The translations under genes and the position numbers were made by a program. A DNA stretch of 64,000 bases from a virus (taxonomy: Duplodnaviria > Caudoviricetes). How positions within the stretch are numbered: the stretch's first letter is position 1; every line of letters begins with the position of its first letter. The DNA is taken from positions 105,638 through 169,637 of the IMG/VR virus record IMGVR_UViG_3300026549_000037. One strand, given 5' to 3'. The notes beneath the pieces were generated by a model. That model did no database searches, had not been told where the DNA came from, and was given only the letters and a program-made list of their open reading frames with translations. Shown here one piece after another: positions 39,335 through 48,586 of the stretch.

Positions 39335-39745
39335 ATGCCAAGAGGAAGACCAAAGAAGAAAGTAACAGAACCGTTTAAATTAGTTGATGCATCAAATGAG
39401 CCAAAGTGTCAAAATGACACTTTAGAAAATGACACTTTAGAAAATGACACTTTGGGAAATGCTGAAGGTACTACAGAAAACAATGTAGAAACCACAAATG
39501 CTACAAAAGGTAGGAAATCTTCAACCTCTAAGCAATATTCTCTTTGTACTCGATGTGGAAAGCCTATCTCAAATACTAATCCATTTAGAGTTAATTTAGC
39601 CTATCTTACTTCTGTAGCTTCTTATCGTAGAGAGGTTAAAGAAGATGTGCCTATATTGTGCAATGATTGTGCTAAAGGTCTAAGTGATGCTGTAGACAAG
39701 TATTTAATTAGTGGTGGAGCTAAGAGGAAGTTTGAAAGAGAATAA
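39335..39745 (+). CDS. hypothetical protein with AT-hook-like N-terminus and Zn ribbon
   Basis: PRGRPKKK; CTRCG...CNDC; 15-bp tandem repeat (ENDTL x3). Confidence 0.65.
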   Translation: MPRGRPKKKVTEPFKLVDASNEPKCQNDTLENDTLENDTLGNAEGTTENNVETTNATKGRKSSTSKQYSLCTRCGKPISNTNPFRVNLAYLTSVASYRREVKEDVPILCNDCAKGLSDAVDKYLISGGAKRKFERE

Positions 39746-40043
39746 ATTTCATTCTGATTATATCATTCTGTATGTTCCACTGATACAGTAGTTCAAATGT
39801 TGGTCAGAACCTTATCTGTAGTATTATAGAATCGCTCAAAGCAGCGTTCTAAGGTCTTAGGAGTATAAACATACTGCTGAGATTTGGAAGCGAAATATGA
39901 GCGTTTTATAAACGATAATAATATATTTCCAAGCATAATTTTGAACATGAAATAAATACGAAGAAAATACGAAAAAATACGAAACAATTCAGGATAAATT
40001 AATTTAAATTAAAATAAATTGAACAAATAAAAGGAGAAATATT

Positions 40044-40337
40044 ATGGCTTCTATTTTTGAATCTGCTGTGAACATGGTAAGAGATGATAAACGCGCTTAC
40101 TGGTATTCTAATTATCCTCCTGAAGTTCGCAAGATGGAAAGGTTTCTGAAAGACTATCCTGATGATGTTAAGATTGAAAAGGATTATCGTAATGAAACAG
40201 GCGAAGCTTATGGACTTACTGTGAGTGTACCTATGAAGTGGTATAAAACTCCAAGTGCGCCTAAGAAGAGAAATTTAACCGATGAACAGAGGGCTGCTAT
40301 TTCTCAGAGAATGAGGAATAGTAGAAATAAAGGATAA
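40044..40337 (+). CDS. hypothetical protein
   Basis: AGGAG RBS; KRNLTDEQR C-terminus. Confidence 0.7.
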   Translation: MASIFESAVNMVRDDKRAYWYSNYPPEVRKMERFLKDYPDDVKIEKDYRNETGEAYGLTVSVPMKWYKTPSAPKKRNLTDEQRAAISQRMRNSRNKG

Positions 40338-40428
40338 TTTATGATATAAAAATAGTGTAAAAGTATAGAACTTTACAATTTATTTAAAATGTGAGTCTGT
40401 TTTTAATTTTTAGGTTCAGACATAAAAG

Positions 40429-40471
40429 TACCCCTTGAAGATACCAGACGGGTCTTCTTGGGGTATTTTTT
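40429..40471 (+). terminator. terminator ending the + arm
   Basis: tacccc..gaaga / tcttc..ggggta then T-run. Confidence 0.55.
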
Positions 40472-40922
40472 ATTTATGTTAAATAAGTTTTGAAAAGAAT
40501 ATGAGACATGAATGGATAAATTTAGAATGAAACAGATTTAAGATAAATAAAAAATGAACAGATTTAAGTTGGGAGAGAGAAAGGGGGATGAAGGTATATA
40601 GGTGGACGTGGATTTAAAAAATCGGGGCGTTATTAAAAAGAAATAAAAGGAGTCGGCGGGATTAAAAAAGAGGGGCTTTAAAGGTGGAAAAAAGAGGGCG
40701 GGTCCGTTAGAATAAAAAATCTCCCCCGCGAGAGAAATAAAAAAGGGGCTCGCAAGCTATAGTTTCCCCTTGGCAGGCCACCCACTAATAGAACCCCGTT
40801 AGAGGAAAGAAGCACAAGTTTTCGGCTTCTTTTGGTTTGTAGCTGTAATACACCCACCCTACTACCTACCCATTGTATTACAGTTTAGGAATGCTGGGTT
40901 GCAGATTCATGTGGAATCCTTA

Positions 40923-41228
40923 TTAGGGGATTCCACATAAACTGAAACAGAGTTGGTGATGCTCTTTAGAGTTAAACCAATCTTCAATATCCTCATATTT
41001 CTTAGAAATAATCGGAGGAAGTTCGGCTTGCTCCTGAGCCCTTCTCTGTTTTCGCTGTTTCTTCTCACATTTAATTTCGCTTTCGCAATGAATGACAAAA
41101 GCAATCATAAACGCAAGAATGGATAAACTGATAGGATTCATAAAGCCATCAGTAAAACCAGCCTGAATAGCTCCAACCCACCAGAACACCCAACAAAGCG
41201 AGAATAAAAACACTATCATGGGCAACAC
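40923..41228 (-). CDS. 2-TM membrane protein
   Basis: AAAGGAG RBS; hydrophobic. Confidence 0.65.
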   Translation of the reverse strand: MLPMIVFLFSLCWVFWWVGAIQAGFTDGFMNPISLSILAFMIAFVIHCESEIKCEKKQRKQRRAQEQAELPPIISKKYEDIEDWFNSKEHHQLCFSLCGIP

Positions 41229-41243
41229 TCCTTTCTCTTAAAA

Positions 41244-41321
41244 TCAGTCTTCCCTATTCAGGAAGTAGTACAACACTAACCATGTTGTACCCAAAACGAT
41301 AATAACACCTTCTACTGTGAT
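41244..41321 (-). CDS. 25-aa hydrophobic peptide, ATC start
   Basis: AAAGGAGGTGG-tttt-ATC; (M)TVEGVIIVLGTTWLVLYYFLNRED. Confidence 0.5.
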   Translation of the reverse strand: MTVEGVIIVLGTTWLVLYYFLNRED

Positions 41322-41347
41322 AAAACCACCTCCTTTCAATGAACGCT

Positions 41348-41515
41348 TTAATGGAGTTTGTTATAGATAAGATTTTGAGTATCAAGAATGATACCCTCAT
41401 CCATATCTTTGATTTCGACAATGGAATCACGAGAATCTTCATTCTCAATGATTTCATCAAGCTCAAAATCAGACATGACCTTAGAACTTCCATCGAAAAA
41501 CGTAACCCAATACAT
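41348..41515 (-). CDS. 55-aa acidic protein (absent from ORF track)
   Basis: GGAGG RBS; MYWVTFFDGSSKVMSDFELDE... Confidence 0.65.
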   Translation of the reverse strand: MYWVTFFDGSSKVMSDFELDEIIENEDSRDSIVEIKDMDEGIILDTQNLIYNKLH

Positions 41516-41517
41516 AA

Positions 41518-41865
41518 TTAAACCTCCTTTTCAATATTGGTTTCAGCGACGCTTTTAGATTCTTTCTTGTTTCTTGCGGTACGATGGATTACCTTATAAT
41601 CCATAGTATAACAGAAAGGAGTGATTCCGTCAACATCATATTCAATTTTTACTTTCACCCATTCAGGATGAAGCAGATTAGACAAAACAGTTTCTACTTC
41701 TGACTTCTTAAAGAAATATCGCTCATCGTCAATAGAACGCTTTGTACGCCTTTGATTGAAATGCTCAATGGCTTCAGATAAGACAGCATTCACAGCTTCC
41801 GTAATGATAGCATTGTTTTGCTCGGTGAGAGAGAGCGTAGATGTGGTGTTCATAATGGTATTCAT
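41518..41865 (-). CDS. hypothetical protein
   Basis: AGGAGG RBS. Confidence 0.65.
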   Translation of the reverse strand: MNTIMNTTSTLSLTEQNNAIITEAVNAVLSEAIEHFNQRRTKRSIDDERYFFKKSEVETVLSNLLHPEWVKVKIEYDVDGITPFCYTMDYKVIHRTARNKKESKSVAETNIEKEV

Positions 41866-41867
41866 GA

Positions 41868-42125
41868 TTAAACCTCCTTATTATTTGTGTTATACTTACT
41901 GTTTTCAAACCATCTCTTAGCCTCATTAAAAGTAATGTTGCTTAAGAAATGCTCAAGATAATCCCAACGAGAAATTCCTCGTGTCTCATCATGCTCAATT
42001 TTCTTAAGCAAACACCAATGAGGACGAGGATATTTCTCTTTAGCAAGAGCATATTCGTAAGTGGGATGATAATACACGGGACACTTTTTTGTGCTAAATT
42101 TATCTGAACGAATCCAAGCTGTCAT
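41868..42125 (-). CDS. hypothetical protein
   Basis: AGGAG RBS. Confidence 0.6.
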   Translation of the reverse strand: MTAWIRSDKFSTKKCPVYYHPTYEYALAKEKYPRPHWCLLKKIEHDETRGISRWDYLEHFLSNITFNEAKRWFENSKYNTNNKEV

Positions 42126-42147
42126 TATAGTTGCTCTCCTTTTAGTT

Positions 42148-42426
42148 TTAGTTAAAGTCTGTGCGAATAGCGTCACAAAGCTTATAACGCTGTCCACGGA
42201 TTTTGATATAAGATTCACCATTCATGTTGGAATAGATGCGAAGCTTGTGCTGATATTTGGGATTGGTTTTCTTTCCAATCCAAGCTCCCTCAGCGCAGAA
42301 AAGGGAATCATTGATGTCGTATTCAATTTTGTAGATTTCAATCCCTCCAAGAGCAGAGATGTAAGCAATGGGATAAAGATTAGACATATTCTGCGCGAAA
42401 AATTCTTTCTTGGTCATAATAGACAT
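42148..42426 (-). CDS. hypothetical protein
   Basis: AGGAG RBS; GGIEI motif. Confidence 0.65.
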   Translation of the reverse strand: MSIMTKKEFFAQNMSNLYPIAYISALGGIEIYKIEYDINDSLFCAEGAWIGKKTNPKYQHKLRIYSNMNGESYIKIRGQRYKLCDAIRTDFN

Positions 42427-42593
42427 ATTAGTTTTCTCCTTTCATAAGACCACGAAGCAAATTATACATCAGAGTATTTGCTTCTTCATCGGTTTGAAGC
42501 ATAACAGTAGCCTCCTCAAAAGTTTCATCATTGGTGATTTTGAGAGTGGAACGACATTTGTTTTGAACAATAGTAACCATAAAATTTCCTTTC

Positions 42594-42619
42594 TCCCCGT
42601 ATAGCCGATAGGACAGCTT
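42594..42619 (-). ncRNA. Leader pseudoknot motif copy A
   Basis: AAGCUG-UCCUAU-CGGCU-AUAC-GGGGA directly before the RBS; identical copy at 57216. Confidence 0.6.
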
Positions 42620-42632
42620 GTTTATTGCGTTG

Positions 42633-42704
42633 TTAATTAACGATGTGAATAAGCCATAAAAACGCAATAAATTCCAAAGTTAAAAGCCAACCAATAATAT
42701 TGAT
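42633..42704 (-). CDS. 23-aa hydrophobic peptide, ATC start
   Basis: AAAGGAGGTGA RBS; (M)NIIGWLLTLEFIAFLWLIHIVN. Confidence 0.5.
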   Translation of the reverse strand: MNIIGWLLTLEFIAFLWLIHIVN

Positions 42705-42727
42705 ACAGAATCACCTCCTTTCATTTC

Positions 42728-42886
42728 TTATTTTCGTTTTCGATGAGATGTTACAAACCCATAAACAAAGCCCACCAATAAGTTTATGATAATAAAAGCA
42801 TCTAAACAATTAATACCATAAACATTATTTGGGATATTGCTACAGATTGCATAAACGAAAACTATAATAAGAATTGCAATATTCAG
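42728..42886 (-). CDS. 52-aa 2-TM peptide, CTG start
   Basis: AAAGGAGGTGG RBS; (M)NIAILIIVFVYAICS...LLVGFVYGFVTSHRKRK. Confidence 0.5.
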   Translation of the reverse strand: MNIAILIIVFVYAICSNIPNNVYGINCLDAFIIINLLVGFVYGFVTSHRKRK

Positions 42887-42915
42887 ATATTACCACCTCC
42901 TTTCATATTATAATA

Positions 42916-43617
42916 TTAATGCTGCTGGAATACAACAGTTTTAATCTTTTTATTCCAGCACTTTTGACAAACCGTGCAAGTGATAGTCTTATCATGCTGA
43001 TTGGGACAAGTAGAATAAGACTTAGGAAATTCAGGATTCTTAGACTTATCCTTGAAATCCACATAAGCCACAGGAAGATTATATGGATTAGGAACAGCCC
43101 AGTTCTTATCCCAAGCAGAGAAGATGATGTTTAAGTTCTTGGGAAGCTTTTCATTTTCAGAAAGCCATTCATTCACAATGAAATATTTCTTTGTGAAAGC
43201 CATGAACTTAATTTTTGGATTCCTAAGAGCGGTTTTGACCATACCCTCAAAGAAATTATAATCAGGGATGTCACCAGCATCAAAAAATCTGCAAAGGCTT
43301 AAACCTGAATGCTTAAGTTTGAAATCCACCTGACCCCAGAAATCTTCAGGGTCGTTATTATAAAGGCGAAGGTTGCGCAGATACGAAGCCTGAACAGTAG
43401 CAATCTGTTGGCATCCCTTCATACAATAACAACCATCCTTCTTACAAGGAGCATCCTCACGGCAACAGCAAGTAGGGACAGCCAAATCAAGAACCCCCAT
43501 GCCAGTCTTAGAGTTTTTGGTAGTCATGTGGATTTCATTCGTTCTCATAGAGAGATGCTGAATGTATTCCTCACGAGACAGGGCGAATTCCTTCTTGTTG
43601 TTAACAGACTTAGCCAT
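42916..43617 (-). CDS. Gp88-like protein (radical-SAM-related)
   Basis: NSKTG...C...C...CYC.KG...RFFDAGD...FTK. Confidence 0.7.
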   Translation of the reverse strand: MAKSVNNKKEFALSREEYIQHLSMRTNEIHMTTKNSKTGMGVLDLAVPTCCCREDAPCKKDGCYCMKGCQQIATVQASYLRNLRLYNNDPEDFWGQVDFKLKHSGLSLCRFFDAGDIPDYNFFEGMVKTALRNPKIKFMAFTKKYFIVNEWLSENEKLPKNLNIIFSAWDKNWAVPNPYNLPVAYVDFKDKSKNPEFPKSYSTCPNQHDKTITCTVCQKCWNKKIKTVVFQQH

Positions 43618-43647
43618 AAATAAAACCTCCAAATTTTAATTTTCCTC

Positions 43648-43884
43648 TTGACAAACTCAAGAAGATGTGTTATATTATCATCAATGGGAGGCAGAGATGT
43701 GTCCTCTACCTTCCGTCAACTCATTCGTTAGTTGCGGTGCTTGATGATGAACACCTGAACTATGCTGCTAACATAGTCAACGAAAATGATTCGCTACATA
43801 TTTTCACTTCCTTTCCAAATAAAGTGACTACGAATGAGTAGTCTATAAACAGAGAGACAGTTGAATGAAACTGTCTCTCTTTTT
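43648..43884 (+). ncRNA. Cassette 1 antisense RNA unit (promoter to terminator)
   Basis: TTGACA 43648 / TATATT 43671; 5' hairpin; terminator 43851-43884. Confidence 0.75.
43728..43799 (-). CDS. Cassette 1 micro-peptide with TAG at codon 2: M*RIIFVDYVSSIVQVFIIKHRN
   Basis: GAAAGGAAG RBS; homologous to cassettes 3 and 4. Confidence 0.7.
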
Positions 43885-44470
43885 ACTTAAGGAACATCTT
43901 ACCATTCTCAGTGGTAATAGTATTCTTGTAAATCACATCTTTATAACAGAAGATGTAATTATCCAGAGTTTCATTACGCTGAAAACAATCAGGTTTAGTC
44001 ATACGACCGATACCAGACTTATCTCCCTCGTAAACTGTGATGAAATAGAAAGAAGGTTCTCTCACCAGATTATTTCCAAGAGAAGCAGAGAAAGAAAAAT
44101 CACGAATATATGTCTGAATTTCTTTTACTGTTTCTTTATCAGCAATAACATTAAGAACGTTAGAGCAGATAACAATATAAGGGTCATAATAGAGCCCCGA
44201 AGACAAAGCAATATTGTTTTCTTCAACAGGCTTCCAGAACGGGTCATATCCTCTGAAGATAAAACCCTTAGTAGCAAGGAACTGCTCAATATGGTCAGTA
44301 TAGCGACCACAGCCGAAATCAAGGACAATGGGGGTTCGGTCAAATTTGGTAATCTTTGCCCAATGCTCACGAAGAGCATCCCAATCTAAACGATTGTAGA
44401 TAGCAGGAAGCTTCTTGGAGTTGATGGAAGTGTTCTTAGAAGTGATGTCGGACTGAACAGTGCAATACAT
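43883..44470 (-). CDS. Class I SAM-dependent methyltransferase
   Basis: VLDFGCGR; YDPF; CSNVLNVI. Confidence 0.8.
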   Translation of the reverse strand: MYCTVQSDITSKNTSINSKKLPAIYNRLDWDALREHWAKITKFDRTPIVLDFGCGRYTDHIEQFLATKGFIFRGYDPFWKPVEENNIALSSGLYYDPYIVICSNVLNVIADKETVKEIQTYIRDFSFSASLGNNLVREPSFYFITVYEGDKSGIGRMTKPDCFQRNETLDNYIFCYKDVIYKNTITTENGKMFLK

Positions 44471-44501
44471 TGTAATACCTCCTTAAATTAAATGATTTTG
44501 T

Positions 44502-44819
44502 TCAAGAGCGAATCTGTGCTGCGATTTTGTCAACGACAAGACGATATTTGTTTGTCATTTTAGGGGACTTATAATTACGTCCTCTACGATAAACATTGAG
44601 GATGTCATATGTATCATCATCAACAAAGGGAGAAGTGAACTGGATAAGAACAGAAGCGAAATCAATCGGTTTTGTAGGAGCATCGGTTCGCCATTCAATG
44701 ATATACTTTCCACAACTGATAACAGGACGGAAGATTTTAAATTCACGTCCAGACTCATCATGAAGAGTCTTGAGATAGAAATAATTTCCATAAGTTGTGT
44801 TGTATTTAGACTTAGCCAT
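44502..44819 (-). CDS. hypothetical protein
   Basis: AGGAGG RBS. Confidence 0.65.
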   Translation of the reverse strand: MAKSKYNTTYGNYFYLKTLHDESGREFKIFRPVISCGKYIIEWRTDAPTKPIDFASVLIQFTSPFVDDDTYDILNVYRRGRNYKSPKMTNKYRLVVDKIAAQIRS

Positions 44820-44855
44820 TGTTACATCCTCCTTAAAAATATTTTTGAAAAACAC

Positions 44856-45116
44856 TTGACAAATAGAAAAAGATATGTTATAATATCTTTATGAAAAGGT
44901 TGGAAGTTCAATCCCGCCTAAGCTTATTTAAAGCTTAAAGTAGCCTAAATAACTTATACCAATCATTTTAAATTAAATGAAAGATTGATTTAGGAACCAT
45001 TTTAAATGGATTGAAATCTACATTTTATCACCTCAATTCTATTCCGATGAACATAAGATAGCTATACGGGTAGCGAGTAAGAGAGACAGAAGTGTGAGTT
45101 CTGTCTCTCATTTTTT
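44856..45116 (+). ncRNA. Cassette 2 antisense RNA unit
   Basis: TTGACA 44856 / TATAAT 44879; gcta-tacggg-tagc hairpin; terminator 45081-45116. Confidence 0.7.
44973..45023 (-). CDS. Cassette 2 micro-peptide with TAG at codon 2: M*ISIHLKWFLNQSFI
   Basis: GAGGTGA RBS; same position in cassette; divergent sequence. Confidence 0.5.
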
Positions 45117-45385
45117 CAATCAAGGGTTACATAATACCAACCAGTGCAATAATCTTCTTCATTGTTGCGCTTATCTTCTTCGGGGTCGTAATACCCTGTT
45201 ACGGGTGTCACTTCTTCGTTTTGAGACCTATAAAGTTGTGTTAAAAGGTCGGAAATGGTTTCAGCAATTTCTTCAGACTTACAAAGAATTTCATAGCCAT
45301 TAGACCAAATTTCCCCGTCTGGAAAGTCTCTTAGTCTTTCAAGAAATTCTGAAATCCATTCTTTTTTCTCTTCTTTATTAAACAT
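45116..45385 (-). CDS. hypothetical protein (TGYYDP.ED motif)
   Basis: GGGAGG RBS. Confidence 0.7.
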   Translation of the reverse strand: MFNKEEKKEWISEFLERLRDFPDGEIWSNGYEILCKSEEIAETISDLLTQLYRSQNEEVTPVTGYYDPEEDKRNNEEDYCTGWYYVTLD

Positions 45386-45406
45386 AGTAACCTCCCTTAA
45401 ACAAAC

Positions 45407-45688
45407 CTAAACATCAATGATAACAGATTCCTCAATAATGAGGAAATTCCCAGCAAGATGCATATTATAATGGGTATAAGTTGCGCCAGCAATGGATTCA
45501 ACGGGAATTGGGTCGCTGACGTAACCCAAATTACTCAGATACTCTTGCTTTGACTTGTAATCTTCAAGGGCAGCATCAGCTTCAAACCGCTCATCTTTAT
45601 TGTCAAAAGTGTAGATGTGAAGCTGTGCCTTTTCTATATTGTCGTTATCAGGAATCCATGCATAACCAGTGGACATATACTTTCTCAT
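45407..45688 (-). CDS. hypothetical protein (TAG stop, in frame with next gene)
   Basis: AGGAGG RBS. Confidence 0.65.
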   Translation of the reverse strand: MRKYMSTGYAWIPDNDNIEKAQLHIYTFDNKDERFEADAALEDYKSKQEYLSNLGYVSDPIPVESIAGATYTHYNMHLAGNFLIIEESVIIDV

Positions 45689-45709
45689 TTTTATTCCTCC
45701 TTAAGATTC

Positions 45710-46306
45710 TTAAAATAAGGTTTTGACCTCAAGTTTATTACAGTGACATTTACCACAGCGATAACGCTCAGGATGTTCAATAAGCTTGCACATTCTTGTC
45801 CTTGTAGCAACTATCCTGTTACAATTAGGACAATAAACCTGATATTTTGCCCCTCCAAGTTGAGCCGCAGTTTCCTGAGCATACCATGCAGGAGCATCTT
45901 CAGGATTTACACACCGAGTTACTTTAAACTCTGTGAAATTGGAAACATAATTAGCTTTGGATTTCCATTCGCCAGTATGTTTCATGCCGTTTTTGGTAGC
46001 ATGAAGAACCTCATGGAGAATTACTTCATGAACACCTCTGGGAAGGGCTGCTTCGAAATACCGATGAGAGAACGTGAGAACATATTTGTAATCACTGTCT
46101 TTGTAACAAAGACCCAGAGATTTAGGTCTGGGCTTTTCATTCCAACCAACGCGGAACTGGACATTCTGCATTTTCTTTTCATGCCCCCACATATAATCCA
46201 GCCAAACACAGATTTCATTCACCTCCTTTCTAATATCATCGAGAGTATAGTTTGCTGTGTCAGTGCGGGAAAAAGACTTAGGAATCAGAGAATAGATGTC
46301 AGCCAT
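45710..46306 (-). CDS. SprT-like Zn metalloprotease with Zn ribbon
   Basis: HEVLH..H...WK; CPNC...CGKC. Confidence 0.85.
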   Translation of the reverse strand: MADIYSLIPKSFSRTDTANYTLDDIRKEVNEICVWLDYMWGHEKKMQNVQFRVGWNEKPRPKSLGLCYKDSDYKYVLTFSHRYFEAALPRGVHEVILHEVLHATKNGMKHTGEWKSKANYVSNFTEFKVTRCVNPEDAPAWYAQETAAQLGGAKYQVYCPNCNRIVATRTRMCKLIEHPERYRCGKCHCNKLEVKTLF

Positions 46307-46341
46307 AATGTCAAACCTCCTTGAATTTAAATTGTTATGAT

Positions 46342-46893
46342 TTAATTGTGGTCACGAACATCTGCGAAATGGTCAATGATAGCGTTTGTGTCTTTTTGGA
46401 TTCTGTTGGTAGTCTTTTCAATTTCTTTGAGCAGGTTGAAACGAAGATTGGTGTAGATATTGTATTCTTCCCAACGAGTGATAAAACCAGCAGGAGAAAT
46501 ACCCAAAGCTCCAAAACAAGAAGTGGAAATAAATGGAACATTTAAACTATAATTTTCATTGAAATAAGGCCCCTGAACATACATACGACAGTCTTTATTA
46601 ATGGAAACATTAACTTGGCATCCCGTGTCATCCTCAATATAAGTAGCGCGAATCACAGAGATTTTAGCTTCTTTCATAGCTTCAACCAAAGGCTTAAGCT
46701 GTTCACAAATTGCGTTCCACTTAGCCTCACCAATTGCGTTGATTTTGGGAGTGTAGAAGCTATCAGTGGTTTCGTAGTTGTTTTTGGTTTCACTAAGTTT
46801 CTTGAGAGCCATAGCGAGTTCCAAATCTTCCTGCATATCATACTCGACAGTAACCTTGATGTTGTTGATGGTGTTTGTGTTCTTGATTTCCAT
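46342..46893 (-). CDS. hypothetical protein (paralog of 56634)
   Basis: FY.P.I.AIG.AKW..IC.QL...W..YNIY. Confidence 0.75.
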   Translation of the reverse strand: MEIKNTNTINNIKVTVEYDMQEDLELAMALKKLSETKNNYETTDSFYTPKINAIGEAKWNAICEQLKPLVEAMKEAKISVIRATYIEDDTGCQVNVSINKDCRMYVQGPYFNENYSLNVPFISTSCFGALGISPAGFITRWEEYNIYTNLRFNLLKEIEKTTNRIQKDTNAIIDHFADVRDHN

Positions 46894-46963
46894 AGTTGTT
46901 CTCCTTTAAATAAATTTATTTTGTGTTAAGATAGTAGAAAAGGGGTAGTTATCTACCCCTTAT

Positions 46964-47380
46964 TTACTGGACTTCAATGGTATAGAAATCTTCGTCACAG
47001 TGGAAACATTGATAAGTGTAATCTTCAACAGTAGAAGGATAAAGATTCCGTCCACACTTGGGGCATTTCTTTACGGGGTCACATTCCTCACCTCCATTCT
47101 CAAGGAACTCCTTTTCATCATCGGTGATGATTTCATTTTCATTAAGAGCAAAGAGAAGTCCGTCATAAGTTTCACAGATTTCCTTCTGAAACTCAGGAAC
47201 AGCCCCAATCTTACGCTTAATCATTTTCACCTCACTTCCATCCACAACAACGCAAGGAGTTTCGTCTCCAAAAACATTGTGCTCAAGGAGACAATAAACC
47301 TTATCATTGATGCGTTTAAAATCAATGATGCTCCACAGACCAGAATGACCAACAGTTTTGTAAGTATTGTCCTTAACCAT
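46964..47380 (-). CDS. hypothetical protein (GH.G.W..ID...LLEH..GDE domain plus Zn ribbon)
   Basis: AGGAG RBS; CPKCG...CFHC. Confidence 0.65.
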   Translation of the reverse strand: MVKDNTYKTVGHSGLWSIIDFKRINDKVYCLLEHNVFGDETPCVVVDGSEVKMIKRKIGAVPEFQKEICETYDGLLFALNENEIITDDEKEFLENGGEECDPVKKCPKCGRNLYPSTVEDYTYQCFHCDEDFYTIEVQ

Positions 47381-47427
47381 TTTTAAATCCTCCTTAAATT
47401 TGTTATTGTTTATGGTTAATGGTTTGG

Positions 47428-47643
47428 TTAAACCCGAGAATAGGTATCCCAATTCACATTGTAAAGATAAGAATCCATCATAATGAGAAAGAGTTTACGC
47501 TGATTAGATTCTCCCCAAACTCGCCGCATACCAGTGATATTGGGATGAGGCCCTGCATTGGGAAAAGATTCGATATGAGACTTAAGAAAAGGGGAAATGC
47601 TGGACTGCTTGGCATACTTGACGGGATAGACTTTGTTTTTCAT
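47428..47643 (-). CDS. hypothetical protein
   Basis: AGGAGG RBS. Confidence 0.65.
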   Translation of the reverse strand: MKNKVYPVKYAKQSSISPFLKSHIESFPNAGPHPNITGMRRVWGESNQRKLFLIMMDSYLYNVNWDTYSRV

Positions 47644-47680
47644 TTTGTGAAACCTCCTTAAAAATCTTTCTTAGAATTCT

Positions 47681-48289
47681 TTAAATTAACAGGATAAATA
47701 GGTCTTCAAAGTAATAGCCTTCCCGAGAAATCATTTCACAAGCTTTAAGCTCATTTTCTGAAAGGCAGTCTTTATTGAAGAGTGAATTTGCAGTAGCAAG
47801 ACCTGCGATATAACAAAGAGCAAGTTTAGAGAAAAATTCAAATTCATAAACTTTGAAGGTAACTCTTCCTTCTTCAACAAGCTGATTGAAAGTGTCAGCC
47901 CCCATACAAACAGCGGTAGGCATATTAGGACAACTATAATCAGGAACACAAATGTCCTTCCAAGAATTGATAGGCTCATCGAAGCTGTCTGTATAAAAAG
48001 TAACCTCAAGAACACAGGTTGTATCAAAAGGATGAGGTAAACAAGCATTCTGAATCTGAGCTGCTTCATTACAACGTTCAATACAATACTGAATCGCTGT
48101 TTCATTATCATCATCATAAATACATTCAGATTCTTTCATGAGAGAGGCATCATAAAAGAAAATAGAATCTCCATCGGCACACGTCCAAGGGTGAACAATC
48201 TTATTGTTTCCATGCTCAAGACCATATTCACCATGTGTGATTGGCTCGATAGCAGACTTGATGCAACCATGATAAAGAGTGTAAGACAT
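47681..48289 (-). CDS. hypothetical protein
   Basis: AGGAGG RBS; LYHG N-terminus. Confidence 0.7.
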   Translation of the reverse strand: MSYTLYHGCIKSAIEPITHGEYGLEHGNNKIVHPWTCADGDSIFFYDASLMKESECIYDDDNETAIQYCIERCNEAAQIQNACLPHPFDTTCVLEVTFYTDSFDEPINSWKDICVPDYSCPNMPTAVCMGADTFNQLVEEGRVTFKVYEFEFFSKLALCYIAGLATANSLFNKDCLSENELKACEMISREGYYFEDLFILLI

Positions 48290-48333
48290 AATACTAACCT
48301 CCTGAATTTTTTTAAAATTTTGTGAAATAATGC

Positions 48334-48586
48334 TTGACAAACAGATTGGAATATGTTATACTGTCCACAGTAAGAGAAGTTGACCCACATCTTCCCTTAC
48401 TGTGCGTAATTAAAGTGGTGTATTAATTACGGTGCTTCATAATGAAGACACAAACAATATTGTCGGTGTAATCGACGTAGATGATTTTCTACATACAATC
48501 GTCTCCTTTCAAATAAGATGATATGTAAACAGAGTTGTGGGACTCTGGAAACATTAGAGAGTGGTTTTACTGCTCTCTTTTGTTTT
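48334..48586 (+). ncRNA. Cassette 3 antisense RNA unit
   Basis: TTGACA 48334 / TATACT 48357; loops CCCACA x UGUGGG; terminator 48556-48586. Confidence 0.8.
48423..48494 (-). CDS. Cassette 3 micro-peptide with TAG at codon 2: M*KIIYVDYTDNIVCVFIMKHRN
   Basis: GAAAGGAGA RBS; homologous to cassettes 1 and 4. Confidence 0.7.

Noticed and set aside
39410-39455. 15-bp tandem repeat as a regulatory array
   Set aside because: In-frame coding repeat (ENDTL x3) in a low-complexity linker.
41254-41493. 79-aa - strand ORF ending in TAG
   Set aside because: No RBS; it overlaps two better-supported RBS-linked ORFs in other frames.
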